The notes below the pieces were generated by a model. It saw nothing but the letters and a program-made list of their open reading frames with translations, did no database searches and was not told the DNA's origin. A stretch of 64,000 bases of DNA. It comes from Butyricicoccus sp. (GTDB lineage: Bacteria; Bacillota; Clostridia; Oscillospirales; Butyricicoccaceae). The DNA lies in the NCBI GenBank assembly GCA_963931655.1, contig OZ007036.1:319783-383782 (forward strand), written 5' to 3'. Below, one piece after another: positions 32,741-43,087 of the stretch (within the stretch, counting starts at the first letter, position 1; the number at the start of each line of letters is the position of its first letter). The position numbers and the translations under genes are program-made.

Positions 32741-33388
32741 ATGAAAAAGTTAAATTATGAGCAGAAATCAGTGGTTTTTGAAGATTGTATATCACAAATT
32801 AAAATATCTCTTTGGGGATATATCACAGAACTTACTGATATCATTGATGAAGCAAGAGCAGCGTACGGTAATAGAGATTGTATTAATCTTGCTTATGCAG
32901 CGGCAGATTCTTTATTCCAAACACTAGGTATTGATACAAGTTTTATGAATAATCCACAATATAAAAATTGTATTGATGAATGCTATAGTGAGTTTGCATA
33001 TACAAAAAAATGGGTTAAAGATAATCTGTTACTTTTAACTGAAGAAATGTACGGTTATAAAGATTTAATTGAAGCATATGAAAAAGAATACGCTGATAAT
33101 ATTGATTGGCTATATAATAATATAAATCTTGTTATGCATAAGGACAGAAAATGCAAAGAGTTATGGTCTTTAGGTAGAATTATTCAAGAAAAAGTCGGAA
33201 GAAATCCACTTCAGTTAAAAGAGTTTTTTGATAAATGCAGTGATATTGAAAAGGTAAAATATTATATGGGTTTTGTATCGCTATGTGCATTTATAAGTTA
33301 TTTTCATATCGGAGATTGCATGGAAGAAATTAGAGAAGATAGTGGTTTTAAAAAATATACTATGGTTTTAGGACATGAAAACTTATAA
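32741..33388 (+). CDS. Hypothetical protein
   Basis: AAGGAGG RBS before ATG 32741; followed by a terminator-like hairpin. Confidence 0.65.
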   Translation: MKKLNYEQKSVVFEDCISQIKISLWGYITELTDIIDEARAAYGNRDCINLAYAAADSLFQTLGIDTSFMNNPQYKNCIDECYSEFAYTKKWVKDNLLLLTEEMYGYKDLIEAYEKEYADNIDWLYNNINLVMHKDRKCKELWSLGRIIQEKVGRNPLQLKEFFDKCSDIEKVKYYMGFVSLCAFISYFHIGDCMEEIREDSGFKKYTMVLGHENL

Positions 33389-33564
33389 TTTGCTTATATA
33401 TAATCTTTATTATAGAATAAAAATGCGAAAACTAGAAGGTTTATTATAATCATCTAGTTTTTTTATATCTAAAAATAATTTTTAGCTAAAAATATTTTAA
33501 ATCTACAGTTATAACTACAGTTAAAATAATATTAATGTGAAATTACATGAAGAAGGTGTTCGGT

Positions 33565-33723
33565 ATGAATAATCAGATTGACTCACTGCATGATTTTGCA
33601 TATATCGGTATTACTTATATGGGTATGAGTGAAGAAGAAAGTTATAAATGGGCTAATGATATGATAGAACTCATAAGAAATTGTATGATGAATTATATAA
33701 ATGGTGATAATCAAAGTTTATAA
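33565..33723 (+). CDS. Small hypothetical protein (52 aa)
   Basis: Translated by hand: MNNQIDSLHDFAYIGITYMGMSEEESYKW...; GAAGGTG RBS. Confidence 0.4.
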   Translation: MNNQIDSLHDFAYIGITYMGMSEEESYKWANDMIELIRNCMMNYINGDNQSL

Positions 33724-33747
33724 ATTGTATTTGAAAGCGGTGATTTT

Positions 33748-33900
33748 GTGGGACGTTTTTTTGAAGTTAATTGTCCATATTGTGGTTATGTGTTGCCGGC
33801 ATTACCACACTATAAAAATCAAGGACTAATTTTAGTGTTATGTAGAAAATGCGGTCGCTCCTGTTATATTAATCAAGGGAAAGCATTAAAGAGGTTTTAA
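33748..33900 (+). CDS. Small zinc-ribbon protein (50 aa)
   Basis: Translated by hand: VGRFFEVNCPYCG...LCRKCGRSC; two CxxC pairs; GCGGTGA RBS. Confidence 0.5.
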   Translation: MGRFFEVNCPYCGYVLPALPHYKNQGLILVLCRKCGRSCYINQGKALKRF

Positions 33901-33932
33901 AATTAGAAATTATATTAAAAATAAAATGAATT

Positions 33933-34211
33933 ATGGAGGATTATTGTATTATGGAAGAGAAAGATTTAGATTATTTAAGTTTACTAGAAGATGAAGACTG
34001 TTTAGTTGATGAAAAAGAGATACTTCCGTCGTTTAGTTGCAACACAAGATTATTGCACCGTTTGGCATATATAAAGCGTTGTTTAAGGCTGTTAGCGTTA
34101 AACACTATGGAAGAACATACAAAAATAGATGCAATTCGTTTGCAAGATGAAATTGATAAAATAGTTGTAATATATAGTCTGGATTGTGTTGATGATTACC
34201 TTTTGGGATAA
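33933..34211 (+). CDS. Hypothetical protein
   Basis: 92-aa ORF; no motif recognised. Confidence 0.4.
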   Translation: MEDYCIMEEKDLDYLSLLEDEDCLVDEKEILPSFSCNTRLLHRLAYIKRCLRLLALNTMEEHTKIDAIRLQDEIDKIVVIYSLDCVDDYLLG

Positions 34212-34486
34212 CATAAAAAGCATCTAATGGAATTAAAATCCTATTAGGTGCTTTATTTATTTTTAATGAGTAGCATGTATAAACTATTACATAGACAATA
34301 TGCACAAAAACATATGTGAATATATAAAAAATATTCTACTTTTAATGGGTTGAAATAGACATAAATTATAACTGTTAGAGACATATATATAAGGAATAGT
34401 ATAAATCAAATCATTATATATGACTTTACTTATATGATGATTTATGTTATAATAAATATCTTTAGTAAATAGTTAAGGGTGAAATA

Positions 34487-35332
34487 ATGAAAAATATAAT
34501 AGATGCTATAATAAATCTAGTAACTGATCCAAAAGTAGAGTTGGTTCGTCATTATTCTTATGTTAATCGTGCAAATAATATGGGTGATGCTCTTGAAGAA
34601 TACATAAAAGACTTGTTTGCAGGGACGGTAGATGAAACTGATGAGAACATAAGAAATAGTAAATTATCTGATGTTTTTTCTTATATGGGTAATGCAACAA
34701 ATCCTCCTGATAGTATGCTAAAAAATGGCGGAGATGCAATAGAAGTGAAAAAATTGCAGGGTATCAATGATTTGGCACTTAATTCATCACATCCTAAGCG
34801 TACTTTAAAAATAGATAATCCTAAAATTAATAGCCATTGTCGTGATTGTGAAAAATGGTCAGAGCGTGATATGCTTTATGTAATAGGTGTGTGTGATACA
34901 AAGAAGATAAAACAGTTGTGTATGGTTTATGGAACAGAATATTGTGCAGATATTGAAACATATACGAGAATAGAAAATGTAGTAAAAGAAGGGTTACAAA
35001 GTATAGAGAATGTGGAGTTAGCACAAACAAATGAGTTAGGTCGTTTGAATAAGGTTGACCCTTTGGGTATAACAAATATGCGAATTAGAGGTATGTGGAC
35101 AATAATGAATCCATTAAAAGTTTTCAATTATGTCTACATGCCCAATTCTTCTAAAACATTTAATTTTATGTGCTTGATTAATTCTGAAAAATACGCTACA
35201 TTAAGTAATATTAAAAATTTAGAGGGTTTTACAAATGAAGTACCAGATTTAAATATAAAAGATGTCAAAGTTAAAAATCCTAATAATCCCGCTCAATTAA
35301 TAGAGTGTAAGTTGATAACGTTTGCTATATAA
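34487..35332 (+). CDS. Type II restriction endonuclease, NgoPII family (GGCC predicted)
   Basis: [28 protein letters not shown]...[12 protein letters not shown]-like MRIRGMW; adjacent to an M.HaeIII-like methyltransferase. Confidence 0.85.
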   Translation: MKNIIDAIINLVTDPKVELVRHYSYVNRANNMGDALEEYIKDLFAGTVDETDENIRNSKLSDVFSYMGNATNPPDSMLKNGGDAIEVKKLQGINDLALNSSHPKRTLKIDNPKINSHCRDCEKWSERDMLYVIGVCDTKKIKQLCMVYGTEYCADIETYTRIENVVKEGLQSIENVELAQTNELGRLNKVDPLGITNMRIRGMWTIMNPLKVFNYVYMPNSSKTFNFMCLINSEKYATLSNIKNLEGFTNEVPDLNIKDVKVKNPNNPAQLIECKLITFAI

Positions 35333-35342
35333 GGAACATATT

Positions 35343-36323
35343 ATGAGTTTTAGAATTGTAAGTTTATTTTCTGGTGCTGGTGGTTTAGATTTAGGATTTG
35401 AAAAATCCGGATTTGAAATAGTAGCCGCAAATGAATATGATAAAAGCATATGGGCTACTTACGAGAAAAATCATAAAGCACCGTTAATTAAAGGTGATAT
35501 ACGTCAAATACCTTCTCAGACTTTTCCTGAATGTGATGGAATTATAGGTGGTCCACCTTGTCAATCATGGAGTGAGGCTGGTAGTCTTCGTGGTATAGAT
35601 GATCCAAGAGGGCAGTTGTTCTATGAATATATAAGGCTTATTAAAGATAAGCGACCAAAGTTTTTTCTTGCAGAAAATGTAAAAGGTATGATGGCTAACC
35701 GTCATAGTGAAGCGGTTGATGGTATTGTAAAACAATTTGAAGATGCTGGATATGATGTGTTTATAAAACTATTGAATGCGGCTGATTATGGTGTAGCACA
35801 AGACAGAAAACGAGTATTTTATGTGGGATTTAGAAAGGATTTATGGGTTGAGTTCGAGTTTCCTAAACAATATTCGTACAAACTTACTTTTAAAGATATT
35901 ATTTGGGATTTAAAAGATAGTGCTATTCCTGCTCTTGATAAAAATAAAACTAATGGTTCAAGATGTAATTTTTTAAACCATGAATATTTTACGGGTGCAT
36001 ATTCGACAATATTTATGAGTAGAAATCGTGTTCGTAGTTGGGATGAACCTGCTTTTACAGTTCAAGCAAGTGGTCGTCAATGTCAATTACATCCACAAGC
36101 ACCTAAAATGATAAAAGTTGATAAAAATGATTGTCGTTTTGTAGAAGGTTCAGAAAAATTATATAGAAGGTTGAGTGTAAGAGAAGCGGCAAGAGTTCAG
36201 GGGTTCCCCGATGACTTTGAATTTATATACACTAATCTGCAAGATGCTTATAAAATGATTGGTAATGCAGTACCAGTTGAATTAGCATATGCTATGGCAG
36301 AGCAAATAAAAAAATATTTATAA
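35343..36323 (+). CDS. C5 DNA methyltransferase, M.HaeIII/M.NgoPII-like
   Basis: [33 protein letters not shown]; TRD segment [12 protein letters not shown]...[14 protein letters not shown] closely resembles M.HaeIII. Confidence 0.92.
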   Translation: MSFRIVSLFSGAGGLDLGFEKSGFEIVAANEYDKSIWATYEKNHKAPLIKGDIRQIPSQTFPECDGIIGGPPCQSWSEAGSLRGIDDPRGQLFYEYIRLIKDKRPKFFLAENVKGMMANRHSEAVDGIVKQFEDAGYDVFIKLLNAADYGVAQDRKRVFYVGFRKDLWVEFEFPKQYSYKLTFKDIIWDLKDSAIPALDKNKTNGSRCNFLNHEYFTGAYSTIFMSRNRVRSWDEPAFTVQASGRQCQLHPQAPKMIKVDKNDCRFVEGSEKLYRRLSVREAARVQGFPDDFEFIYTNLQDAYKMIGNAVPVELAYAMAEQIKKYL

Positions 36324-36459
36324 TTTCATATACGATTTGTTGTTAGAAATAAAATATAGTTATATAAATATAAGATGGTAAAAACAAAAAGTTTTTATCA
36401 TCTTATTTTAATTTTGGGGTTTATTTAATTGTGTTTGTTAAAATTGAATATCGTTGTAT

Positions 36460-37023
36460 TCAGTTAGAATGATTTTCGTATTTTTGAAAAATTGAGTATA
36501 GTGTTTGACGGCTTATTCCTAACTCATGAGCCAATGCGGTTTTAGAAATTTCATTGTTTCGCCAGCGCTTATAATGGTGTTCAAAGTTATCAATTTTTAC
36601 AGGCTTACGTCCTTTGTATAATCCCTTAGATTTTGCAATTTTTATGCCTTCAAGTTGACGTTCACGTAAGTTTTCACGTTCAAATTGAGAAATAGCAGCT
36701 ATAACAGTCAAAAGTAATTTTCCAGTAGCGGTTGAAGTGTCGATATTTTCTTTACTACTGACAAGATGAATACCTTTGTTATTGAGATTTTCGACAATAT
36801 TCAGTAGGTCTTTGGTATTTCTTGCAAGGCGGCTAAAGTCATGAATATAGATGGTATCGCCTTCTCTTGCAAAATCGAGAAGTTCATTAAGTTTAGGGCG
36901 TTGGGTATTCTTTGCACTTATTTTTTCGGAGAAGATTTTTTCCACTCCGTAGAGTTTCATTGTTTCAAGTTGACGGGACTCATTTTGTTCCACAGTACTT
37001 ACTCTAACATAACCAAGTTTCAT
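36460..37023 (-). CDS. Small serine resolvase/invertase
   Basis: GYVRVSTVEQNESRQ, DFSRLARN, FERENLRERQLEGI, C-terminal HTH GISRQTLY. Confidence 0.92.
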   Translation of the reverse strand: MKLGYVRVSTVEQNESRQLETMKLYGVEKIFSEKISAKNTQRPKLNELLDFAREGDTIYIHDFSRLARNTKDLLNIVENLNNKGIHLVSSKENIDTSTATGKLLLTVIAAISQFERENLRERQLEGIKIAKSKGLYKGRKPVKIDNFEHHYKRWRNNEISKTALAHELGISRQTLYSIFQKYENHSN

Positions 37024-37191
37024 AAAATTACCTTGTATAGATGCATCACAAGCATAGCAGAACTGGTCAGCGGGCTCTAACTCTATTCCGCACTGATGAC
37101 AAAATAGCTTGATTTTTATATGCGTACCACATGTACTACAAAATTTTGCTCATTCACGCAGGTTAGCTCCGCATTTGTTGCAAGTATTCAT
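37024..37191 (-). pseudogene. Double zinc-ribbon segment in frame with the resolvase, with in-frame TGA at 37150-37152
   Basis: Translated by hand: MNTCNKCGANLRE*AKFCSTCG...FCHQCGIELEPADQFCYACDASIQGNF-MKLGYVR; GGAGGAG RBS before ATG 37191. Homologous to the N-termini of the LRR genes. Confidence 0.75.
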
Positions 37192-37360
37192 TCATATCTC
37201 CTCCATAATGTATAATATATTATAAAAATTGTACAATACTATATATAAAATTACAATTATTATCATTTGGTTGTAACTTATAAAAATATATGATAGTATA
37301 AAAATAGAATTGAATATTTTATAACTATTGAAATTAGTGGTAAAGAAAAGAGGATTTTAA

Positions 37361-38950
37361 ATGGAGTTATTACATAAAATTGATAGTTTATATGGTATTA
37401 TATTCGATGGTTGGTCAGATAAAGCTGATATATATATGATGCAAGAAATATTCACAAAAGCTGATGAATTTTTTAGTGCATTTACACTTAGCGTTTGGAA
37501 AGACATTGGCATAACTCCATCACAAGACTGTATTGATATATATAATATGATATATAGTGAATGTGAAAATAAACCGAAAAACTTGACGGAACTACAAAAT
37601 ATGGTAAATAATGCGATTGATATAGACAAGTCAGACAAATTTACATATTTAGATTATATTATAAATATTGATATAACTGAAAGTAAAAATGATAGTCAAG
37701 ATGAGCTTTCTATGTTTTTTGAAGCACTTAGTTCTGGCTCTCAAGATGAAATTGAAAAACTTGATAAAAATATGCCTTATAGCATTAAATTTATAAATGA
37801 TGCTTGTTTGTTCTCAAAGCTTATTGCGGAAGTATTACAATATCCATGTCCCGCTGACACAGAAGGAAAAATTATAAAGTATTGGGAAAACATAAGGGAA
37901 TATTGTTTAAATAGGGGTGTAAATATTCCACTTATGGCACAACTTAAACCACTCATACAGCTTAATCAAATAGAAGACAACGAAAAATTAGAGCGAATAC
38001 CTAATATAATAAATTGTGAGCCAACTCATGAAGATAAAGAGAAAAAAGACCGTTTAAATGATATAAACACACAAGAAAAATATTTAGAGGATAACGAGCG
38101 AAAAGAAAGAGAAGAAGAAACTCTTGAAAGCTTGCTTGATGAGCTTAATTCGTTGTGTGGAATGGATAATGCTAAAAAAGAGGTACAAAATCAGATTGCT
38201 TTTGTTAGAATGCAAAAAATACGCAAAGAAAAAGGAAAGAATGTTGATGCTATGTCAATGCACATGGCATTTTTGGGTAATCCTGGGACAGGAAAAACGA
38301 CTGTTGCAAGACTTATAGGAAGGCTGTATCGTGCTATTGGTGTTTTGTCAGAAGGTCAGCTTATAGAGGTGGACCGTTCGGGGCTTGTGGCTGAATATAT
38401 TGGGCATACTGAACCAAAAACACAAACGGTTATAAATAGAGCATTAGGCGGTGTGCTGTTTATAGATGAGGCATATTCACTTGCTAATCGTGGAGAAAAT
38501 GACTTTGGAAGGGCAGCGATTGAGGTGATGCTAAAAAATATGGAGGATAAACGAGAGAATTTTGTAGTTATAGTTGCAGGCTATCCAGAGGAAATGAAAC
38601 AGTTTATTTGCTCTAATCCAGGTTTGGAAAGTCGATTTAAAAATATTATTTCTTTTGAAGATTATAACGGTTTGGAACTTGCAGAGATATTTTTTACATT
38701 TTGCAAAAATGGAGATTTTACGCTTGAACCTGAAGTGCAGGAGTATGCAAAATCTATTTTTGAGCAGATTTATCAAAAACGAGGACAAAATTTTGGTAAT
38801 GCTCGAGAAGTTCGTAATTTTTATGAAAATGCTTTGATTTCAAAATCGTTGCGAGAGATATCGGTTTTAGATGATGAATGTGATGATGAAATTACAAAAG
38901 AAGATTTGATGTATGCACTGGATAAATCAATGAAATCTTTGCTCAGCTAA
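37361..38950 (+). CDS. AAA+ ATPase, CbbX/SpoVK-like, with uncharacterised N-terminal half
   Basis: HMAFLGNPGTGKTTVARL, VLFIDEAYSL, NPGLESRF, FGNAREVRN. Confidence 0.88.
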   Translation: MELLHKIDSLYGIIFDGWSDKADIYMMQEIFTKADEFFSAFTLSVWKDIGITPSQDCIDIYNMIYSECENKPKNLTELQNMVNNAIDIDKSDKFTYLDYIINIDITESKNDSQDELSMFFEALSSGSQDEIEKLDKNMPYSIKFINDACLFSKLIAEVLQYPCPADTEGKIIKYWENIREYCLNRGVNIPLMAQLKPLIQLNQIEDNEKLERIPNIINCEPTHEDKEKKDRLNDINTQEKYLEDNERKEREEETLESLLDELNSLCGMDNAKKEVQNQIAFVRMQKIRKEKGKNVDAMSMHMAFLGNPGTGKTTVARLIGRLYRAIGVLSEGQLIEVDRSGLVAEYIGHTEPKTQTVINRALGGVLFIDEAYSLANRGENDFGRAAIEVMLKNMEDKRENFVVIVAGYPEEMKQFICSNPGLESRFKNIISFEDYNGLELAEIFFTFCKNGDFTLEPEVQEYAKSIFEQIYQKRGQNFGNAREVRNFYENALISKSLREISVLDDECDDEITKEDLMYALDKSMKSLLS

Positions 38951-38962
38951 CAAATAATAAGA

Positions 38963-38989
38963 GCCTTGCCGTTTTATTTACGACAAGGC
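38963..38989. terminator. Bidirectional terminator
   Basis: gccttgccgt / acgacaaggc hairpin between convergent genes. Confidence 0.65.
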
Positions 38990-39001
38990 AATTTTTTATG
39001 C

Positions 39002-40105
39002 TTAGCGATATTTATTATATTTTTCTGGAAGCACTAGTTTATCGCAGCCATCAAAGGCAGTTTTGTCGATTTCAGTAACACTGTCTGGTATAATTATACT
39101 CTCAAGGCTTGTGCAATTTTCGAAAGTGCGTGCATTAATTTTAGTAACACTATTTGGTATTTTGATGCTAGTAAGGTTGGTGCAATCAGCGAAAGCACCA
39201 ACATCAATTTCAGTAACACTATTTGGTATAGTAATGCTGGTAAGCTTAGTGCAACCATTGAAAGCCCATTGACCAATTTTAGCAACACTATTTGGTATGG
39301 TGATGCTGGTAAGGCTATGGCAACCCCAAAAAGCGACTGCACCTATTATAATAACATTATTTGGTATTACAATATTTTTAAGACTTGTGCAATTGAAAAA
39401 AATTGCCTGACCAATATATGTAATACCATTCGGTAAAGTGATGTTTTCAAGGCTGGTGCACTCATAGAAAGCCTTATCACCAATTTGGGTAACGCTATTT
39501 GGTATTGTGATACTGGTAAGACTTGTGCAATTCTCGAAAGCCTGTTCACCGATTTGGGTAACACTATTTGGTATTGTGATGTTAGTGAAATTGTTGCAAG
39601 AATGGAAAGCTTTTTCGATAATTTTAGTAACACTATTTGGTATTGTGATGCTAGTAAGATTTTCGCAACCATAGAAAGCCTCCTCACCAATTTGGGTAAC
39701 GCTATTTGGTATGGTGATGCTGGTAAGGTTTCTGCAACAATAGAAAGCCCATTCACTGATTTTAGTAACACTATTTGGTATTGTGATACTAGTAAGATTT
39801 TCGCAACCATAGAAAGCCTCCTTACCAATTTGGGTAATACAATTAGGAATGACTACATCACCGCCATCACCGATATATTTAACTAAAACACCATTTTGGA
39901 TATCAAAATCGTTCATATTTATATTTGATTTTTGAGCACTTTCTTTTTGCATAGATGCACCGCAAACATGGCAAAACATATCATTAGGCTCTAATTCTAC
40001 TCCGCACTGATGACAAAACACCTTGGTTTGTACAGGTTCACCGCATTTATTGCAAAATTTTGCTCCTTCACGCAATTCAGCTCCACATTTAATACAATTA
40101 TTCAT
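39002..40105 (-). CDS. Double zinc ribbon + BspA-type (LRR_5) leucine-rich repeat protein
   Basis: Four CxxC pairs, DFDIQNGVLVKY cap, about 12 23-aa repeats LTSITIPNSVTxIxxxAFxxC; no signal peptide or anchor visible. Confidence 0.9.
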   Translation of the reverse strand: MNNCIKCGAELREGAKFCNKCGEPVQTKVFCHQCGVELEPNDMFCHVCGASMQKESAQKSNINMNDFDIQNGVLVKYIGDGGDVVIPNCITQIGKEAFYGCENLTSITIPNSVTKISEWAFYCCRNLTSITIPNSVTQIGEEAFYGCENLTSITIPNSVTKIIEKAFHSCNNFTNITIPNSVTQIGEQAFENCTSLTSITIPNSVTQIGDKAFYECTSLENITLPNGITYIGQAIFFNCTSLKNIVIPNNVIIIGAVAFWGCHSLTSITIPNSVAKIGQWAFNGCTKLTSITIPNSVTEIDVGAFADCTNLTSIKIPNSVTKINARTFENCTSLESIIIPDSVTEIDKTAFDGCDKLVLPEKYNKYR

Positions 40106-40122
40106 TTTTTATCCTCCTGTTT

Positions 40123-41598
40123 TTATCTATATTTTTCTGGAAGTGTCAGTTTATCGCAGCCATCAAAGGCTTTTTTGCCGATTTTTTTAACGCTATCTGG
40201 TATATCTATATTAGTGAGATTTTTGCAATTATAAAATGCACCAATTCCAATTTCGGTCACAGTATCTGGTATAGCAATATGTGTAAGACTTATACAGTTT
40301 TGGAATGTACTTTGACTGATTTTTGTAATACCATTTGGTATTTCAACATAAATTAGGCTTTCGCAGTCCATAAAAGCACATTTTTTTATTTTATCAACAT
40401 ATGGTATCTCGATACCGAAAAGACTTTGGCAATTTGCAAAAGCACATTCTCCAATCTCGATAAGGTCATATGGCATATGGACATTTTTAAGATCTGTACA
40501 GTTCATAAAAGTGCTTTCTTTGATTTCTGTAATATGATTTGAAATATATATATTTTTAAGGCTTGTACAGCAATCGAATACTTTCATTCCCATTGCTATA
40601 ACACTGTCAGGTATATGTATATCAGTTAGACTTATACAATCAGCGAAAGCTTCATCACCGATATATGCAAGATTATCATGCATAATGATATTTGTTAGGT
40701 TTTCACAGCAAGAGAAAGCACCTTCGCCGATATCTTCCAAGTATAATGGCAGTTTAATCGAATGAAAATTACAACAATTATGAAAAGCTAATTTTTTAAT
40801 ATGTTTAAGATTTCTTGGAAAACTAATATCGCAAAGACTTGTACAATATGAAAAGGCATACTCCTCTATTTCACCGAGTTTAGAAGGCATTGAAACATTT
40901 AAAAGATTTTCACATAAATGAAAAGCATTTTTTTTAATTGATATAAGTTCATCAGGAAGTATAATGTTTTCCAAACCAGAGCAGGCAAAAGTTTCTTCAT
41001 TTATATAGTTTACACCATCTGGAATAGCAATATTTTTTAAGTTCTCACATTCAGAAAATGCAGCTTTACCGATATAATAAAGGTCTTCTGGAAGGTCAAC
41101 ACTGACAAGATTAGTACATTGACTAAATGCACTATCTTCAATACGACCGACACAATCTGGTATTTTTATTTGAGATAAGCTAGTGCAGCTACCGAAAGTA
41201 CTGCTTTCAATGACAGTTAGGTTTTCGGGGAGCTTTACACATTTAAGATTTATACAATGTTCAAAAGCGGATATACCAATGCTGGTTACGCTATTAGGAA
41301 TATAAATGTTTTCAAGATTTATACAGTCAACAAAAGCAAACTTGCCTATTCTGGCTACACTTTTGGGGATTGATATGCTTTTAAGTTGATGATTACCCAT
41401 AAAGACGTCATCATTTATAACAGTTATCCAGTCGGGTATAACAATATGTTCATCTGAGCCTATATAGTTCATTAAGACAGAGTTTTTTATTATAAAATCA
41501 TCATTATGCATATCCTCATCATATATATCCTCAGTTTCTATTAAAGACATATCAAAATCATCGATAAAATCGGTATCGTAGTTTGAAGGATTATTCAT
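40123..41598 (-). CDS. BspA-type LRR protein with acidic N-terminus
   Basis: About 18 xxIPxxVxxIxxxAFxxC repeats, with the same cap motifs and C-terminal FDGCDKLxLPEKYR. Confidence 0.9.
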   Translation of the reverse strand: MNNPSNYDTDFIDDFDMSLIETEDIYDEDMHNDDFIIKNSVLMNYIGSDEHIVIPDWITVINDDVFMGNHQLKSISIPKSVARIGKFAFVDCINLENIYIPNSVTSIGISAFEHCINLKCVKLPENLTVIESSTFGSCTSLSQIKIPDCVGRIEDSAFSQCTNLVSVDLPEDLYYIGKAAFSECENLKNIAIPDGVNYINEETFACSGLENIILPDELISIKKNAFHLCENLLNVSMPSKLGEIEEYAFSYCTSLCDISFPRNLKHIKKLAFHNCCNFHSIKLPLYLEDIGEGAFSCCENLTNIIMHDNLAYIGDEAFADCISLTDIHIPDSVIAMGMKVFDCCTSLKNIYISNHITEIKESTFMNCTDLKNVHMPYDLIEIGECAFANCQSLFGIEIPYVDKIKKCAFMDCESLIYVEIPNGITKISQSTFQNCISLTHIAIPDTVTEIGIGAFYNCKNLTNIDIPDSVKKIGKKAFDGCDKLTLPEKYR

Positions 41599-41617
41599 TG
41601 TTTATTCCTCCTGTTTT

Positions 41618-42847
41618 TTATCTATATTTTTCTGGAAGCACTAGTTTATCGCAGCCACTAAAAGCACTTTTGTCGATTTCAGTAACACTATCTGGAATGG
41701 TTATACTTTCAAGGCTTGTGCAGCCAGAAAATGCAGCTTGTTCAATGTTTGTTATACCATCTGGTATAAATATGTTTTTTAAATTATGGCATTTATAGAA
41801 AGTACAGTATTTAATTTTTTTTATGCCATTTGGAAGCTTAACATCAGTAAGACTATCACAAGCAGAAAAAACACCTTCACCAATATCAATAACACTATCT
41901 GGTATACTAATGGTTTTTAAATTACGACAGTTACAAAAAGCAAAATCTTCAATTATTGTTACTGATGTAGGTATGGTAATTTCAGATAATTTATAACAAG
42001 CTGCAAAACTACATTTGCCTATTGTCTCTATATATGGAGAAAGAGAGATGTTTATAATTTTTTCACAACCACTAAAAGCTGATTCGCAGATTGTTAATAC
42101 ACTATTTGGTAAAGTAATATCAGTTAAAGCTTTACAATCACGAAATGCGGCGTATCCAATGTTTGTCACGCCATTTGGTATAACAACACGTTTAAGTTTA
42201 CTGCAATTTTCAAAAAGACCTGTACTAATCTCTTTGATATCGTTTGTTAAAGTGATATTTTCGAGTTCGTAACAGTTATAGAAGGCGCTTTCTTCAATTA
42301 CAGTAACACTATCTGGAATAATGATATTTTTAATTCCACAATTTTGAAAGGTTCGTGATTTAATAATTTTTACACTATCTGGAATATTGATATTGGTGAA
42401 TTTTGTACAATCTGAAAAAGCACCATATCCTATTATGGTAACACTATTTGGAATGTTTATACTAATAAGGTTTTCGCAATCTTCAAAAGCCATAGAACCA
42501 ATGGTTGTAACGCTATTAGGCATAGCTACACTGATAAGATTTGTACATTCAGAAAAAGCCTCGTTTCCGATTGATGTAACACCATTAGGAATAGCTATGT
42601 CACCGCCATCACCAAGATATTTAACTAGCACACCATCTTCAATTTGGAAATCGTCCATATCTATATTGATTGCCGATGAGTTTCCTTGTTGTATAGATGC
42701 ACCACAAGCATAACAAAATTTGTAAGTAGCTTTTAATTCTGTACCGCATTGATGACAAAATACTTTTATTTTGACAGGTGTACCGCATTCACTACAAAAT
42801 TTTGCATTTTCATACAATTCAGCTCCACATTTACTACAAGTATTCAT
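41618..42847 (-). CDS. Double zinc ribbon + BspA-type LRR protein
   Basis: MNTCSKCGAEL...FCHQCG...CYACG, DFQIEDGVLVKY cap, about 14 repeats, C-terminal GCDKLVLPEKYR. Confidence 0.9.
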   Translation of the reverse strand: MNTCSKCGAELYENAKFCSECGTPVKIKVFCHQCGTELKATYKFCYACGASIQQGNSSAINIDMDDFQIEDGVLVKYLGDGGDIAIPNGVTSIGNEAFSECTNLISVAMPNSVTTIGSMAFEDCENLISINIPNSVTIIGYGAFSDCTKFTNINIPDSVKIIKSRTFQNCGIKNIIIPDSVTVIEESAFYNCYELENITLTNDIKEISTGLFENCSKLKRVVIPNGVTNIGYAAFRDCKALTDITLPNSVLTICESAFSGCEKIINISLSPYIETIGKCSFAACYKLSEITIPTSVTIIEDFAFCNCRNLKTISIPDSVIDIGEGVFSACDSLTDVKLPNGIKKIKYCTFYKCHNLKNIFIPDGITNIEQAAFSGCTSLESITIPDSVTEIDKSAFSGCDKLVLPEKYR

Positions 42848-43087
42848 AGTTACCACTCTTATATAATTATATAAATGCCATAAAAAATATATATAAATAC
42901 ACTTATTATTGTATATATTTGCTATATAAGTATATCATATACTATTATCAATTACAATTATTTTCATATTTTATAAAACAAATAACATGTGTTATAAAAA
43001 AGTATGACATATTAATTTTTTTATAAGACATAAATGCAGACAGTTAAGCCTATATAAGTAAACCAAAGAATTAGGAGGGTTACTTAT

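Noticed and set aside
7859-37152. UGA-to-Gly recoding (genetic code 25), suggested by two TGA codons at Gly positions
   Set aside because: Long genes such as polA and both recombinases contain no in-frame TGA, and TGA ends several genes normally. Two cases fit point changes or errors.
39002-42847. Diversity-generating retroelement acting on the LRR genes
   Set aside because: No reverse transcriptase in the window and no template/variable repeat pair with adenine-specific differences was seen.
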